24,000 nt of DNA from Pyrinomonadaceae bacterium. GTDB lineage: Bacteria; Acidobacteriota; Blastocatellia; Pyrinomonadales; Pyrinomonadaceae. The translations under genes were made by a program, and so were the position numbers. How positions within the stretch are numbered: position 1 is the first letter of the stretch; every line of letters begins with the position of its first letter. The notes beneath the pieces were generated by a model, which searched no databases, had not been told where the DNA came from, and saw only the letters and a list, made by a program, of their open reading frames with translations. Shown here in pieces: positions 22,571 to 24,000 of this stretch. The stretch covers positions 29,480-53,479 of the forward strand of contig JBGTIQ010000069.1 of NCBI GenBank assembly GCA_041745575.1, in the 5' to 3' direction.

Positions 22571-23401
22571 CTACGATGTTTGGCGGAATGAATGAGAGAG
22601 AACCCGGGCCATGTTTATATTTTCAGTTTCGGAAAGATCGGATACCACGAACACGGCCCGCTTATCCTGAGCAAAGCTTGCGACCTGCAATCCATCTTCG
22701 ATCTCGCTCGTGATCGGGCCAGGTACGCCGCCTCGCGATTCCGCGACGACATCAGTCTTGTCGAAAAAAACTGACACTATGTTGCGGCCGTTTCTAATAA
22801 CGACGTGGGTAAATTCCTTCCCGCGGAATTCACAGTCATGGACACTTAACATCTCCACCGAATCGGAATATTGTTCTTTTAGCGGAGCTAGTATCTTCTC
22901 GCTATAGGCTGCCTTTTCCGGATAGTCCGTCTCCGACATGCGTTCCCACCTTGCGAGCTTCTCCAATGCGCAGTCCTTGTGGTTTCCGGAAGCAAAGTGC
23001 GCCAGCTCAGCCAATCCATTCGATACCGTGTCTTTCACGGTAATCCCGTCGACGCCGCTGCTGTTTAAGTAATACGAGCCAAATCCGAAAGCGATCAGTA
23101 GAGATGCAACAATCGGGATCAGAACTCGCCGGCCTGTCGAAAATTTTGCCCAGAAGCCGGCACCAAGTGCGTCTTCCCTCAGACGACTTTTCAATCCCTC
23201 GGCGAAAGAAGGATCGATCTGAAACTCGGCGGCGTTCACCGCGGCCGACGACACGCGTCTGCGCAGCGCACGGCGCGATGCAAAGTCTGTTCGGCACTCC
23301 GAACAGTGTTCGAGGTGATGATTTACCTGATGATGGGTTTCCACCAACAGCTCGTCACTAAGGTACGATTCTGAGATTTCTCGAAATTCCCGGCACTTCA
23401 T
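22571..23401 (-). CDS. Anti-sigma factor, zf-HC2 type, single-pass membrane protein (276 aa)
   Basis: N-terminal H-x3-C-x2-C motif (HLEHCSEC), one TM segment (VLIPIVASLLIAFGFGSYYL) and an extracytoplasmic C-terminal domain. It lies immediately downstream of the ECF sigma gene. Confidence 0.8.
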   Translation of the reverse strand: MKCREFREISESYLSDELLVETHHQVNHHLEHCSECRTDFASRRALRRRVSSAAVNAAEFQIDPSFAEGLKSRLREDALGAGFWAKFSTGRRVLIPIVASLLIAFGFGSYYLNSSGVDGITVKDTVSNGLAELAHFASGNHKDCALEKLARWERMSETDYPEKAAYSEKILAPLKEQYSDSVEMLSVHDCEFRGKEFTHVVIRNGRNIVSVFFDKTDVVAESRGGVPGPITSEIEDGLQVASFAQDKRAVFVVSDLSETENINMARVLSHSFRQTS

Positions 23402-23415
23402 TAATATCTACCTCT

Positions 23416-23985
23416 CTATCGGGCCGCGGCCTTCTCCTGATCTCCAAATCCATGTCTGCCAGCGTAATCCGCCAGTTCGATCCTCAACACGCGACGGCCG
23501 CGCGATAGCCGCGACATAACAGTTCCCATCGGAATATCCACTATCGACGAGATCTCCTTGTAAGAGAGTTCTTCGATATCGGCTAAAACCAATACGATCC
23601 GGTAAATTTCCGGGAGACGCCCGATCGCGGCAATGACCTCCTCGTCCGAGATCTCGCTGGGTATCTGCGGCTCAAAGGGAATCGTGTGCGCGATCTCATC
23701 ATCCACGTCTTGGACCAGTTTCAAGTTCAGCATCTTTCTAAGCCGACGGACATTTTGCACGTACAGGATCCGCGTCAGCCATGCCTTGCAGTTCGTTCCC
23801 ATCCGATACGAGTGAAAGGATCTCATCGCCTGAAACATGGTCTCCTGAACAAGATCTTCCGCCTCATCCCGGTTGCGCGCCAGCCACATAGCCGTCCGGA
23901 AAAGGTCAGGAAGAAACGGCATGGCTTCGGATTCAAAGTTCCGCCATTTGTCCTCCCTATTTTCGAGCCACTTTATTCCAAGCAT
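23416..23985 (-). CDS. ECF-type RNA polymerase sigma-70 family factor (start uncertain: ATG 23985 or 23922)
   Basis: Region 2 (DEAEDLVQETMFQAMRSF...CKAWLTRIL) and region 4 HTH (LSYKEISSIVDIPMGTVMSRLSRGRRVL). Confidence 0.85.
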   Translation of the reverse strand: MLGIKWLENREDKWRNFESEAMPFLPDLFRTAMWLARNRDEAEDLVQETMFQAMRSFHSYRMGTNCKAWLTRILYVQNVRRLRKMLNLKLVQDVDDEIAHTIPFEPQIPSEISDEEVIAAIGRLPEIYRIVLVLADIEELSYKEISSIVDIPMGTVMSRLSRGRRVLRIELADYAGRHGFGDQEKAAAR

Positions 23986-24000
23986 TAGTTAACGAACTCA

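Overview
This is a gene-dense bacterial chromosomal window, moderately GC-rich by eye (GC not computed), and unusually rich in structured repeats. All calls come from reading the sequence and ORF translations by hand. No database search or HMM was run, so family names rest on motif recognition. Gene order: tRNA-Pro(UGG); HU; a small hypothetical; a 638-aa polytopic membrane protein; a GltD-like Fe-S flavoprotein; a lipoprotein; then a REP/RAYT locus. That locus holds three ~170-bp composite REP units, a frameshifted VOC/glyoxalase gene and a frameshifted REP-associated tyrosine transposase (RAYT). Next is a seven-gene organoarsenical (arsenosugar-type) cluster in two convergent operons: ArsM, an AhpD-like protein, radical-SAM ArsS, a fatty-acid hydroxylase, a GT2, a DUF2064-type transferase and a pyridine nucleotide-disulfide oxidoreductase. 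After it come a second, intact RAYT flanked by inverted REPs; a Baeyer-Villiger-type monooxygenase; a group III truncated haemoglobin plus qNOR; a ParE/RelE-type toxin-antitoxin cassette; a fused 2-oxoacid:ferredoxin oxidoreductase alpha subunit (korA-like) with no adjacent beta subunit; and an ECF sigma/anti-sigma pair. The four most interesting observations: (1) the arsenosugar-type cluster has extra redox and lipid-type enzymes and is bracketed by two diverged RAYT/REP modules; (2) the first codons of korA occur three times (33 bp, 105 bp and the intact gene), delimiting two blocks of accessory DNA, which looks like serial insertion anchored on korA; (3) heptanucleotide-array elements sit in frame inside two intact genes and, as a hairpin, between norB and the globin gene; (4) both the VOC gene and one RAYT are broken by simple-repeat indels.
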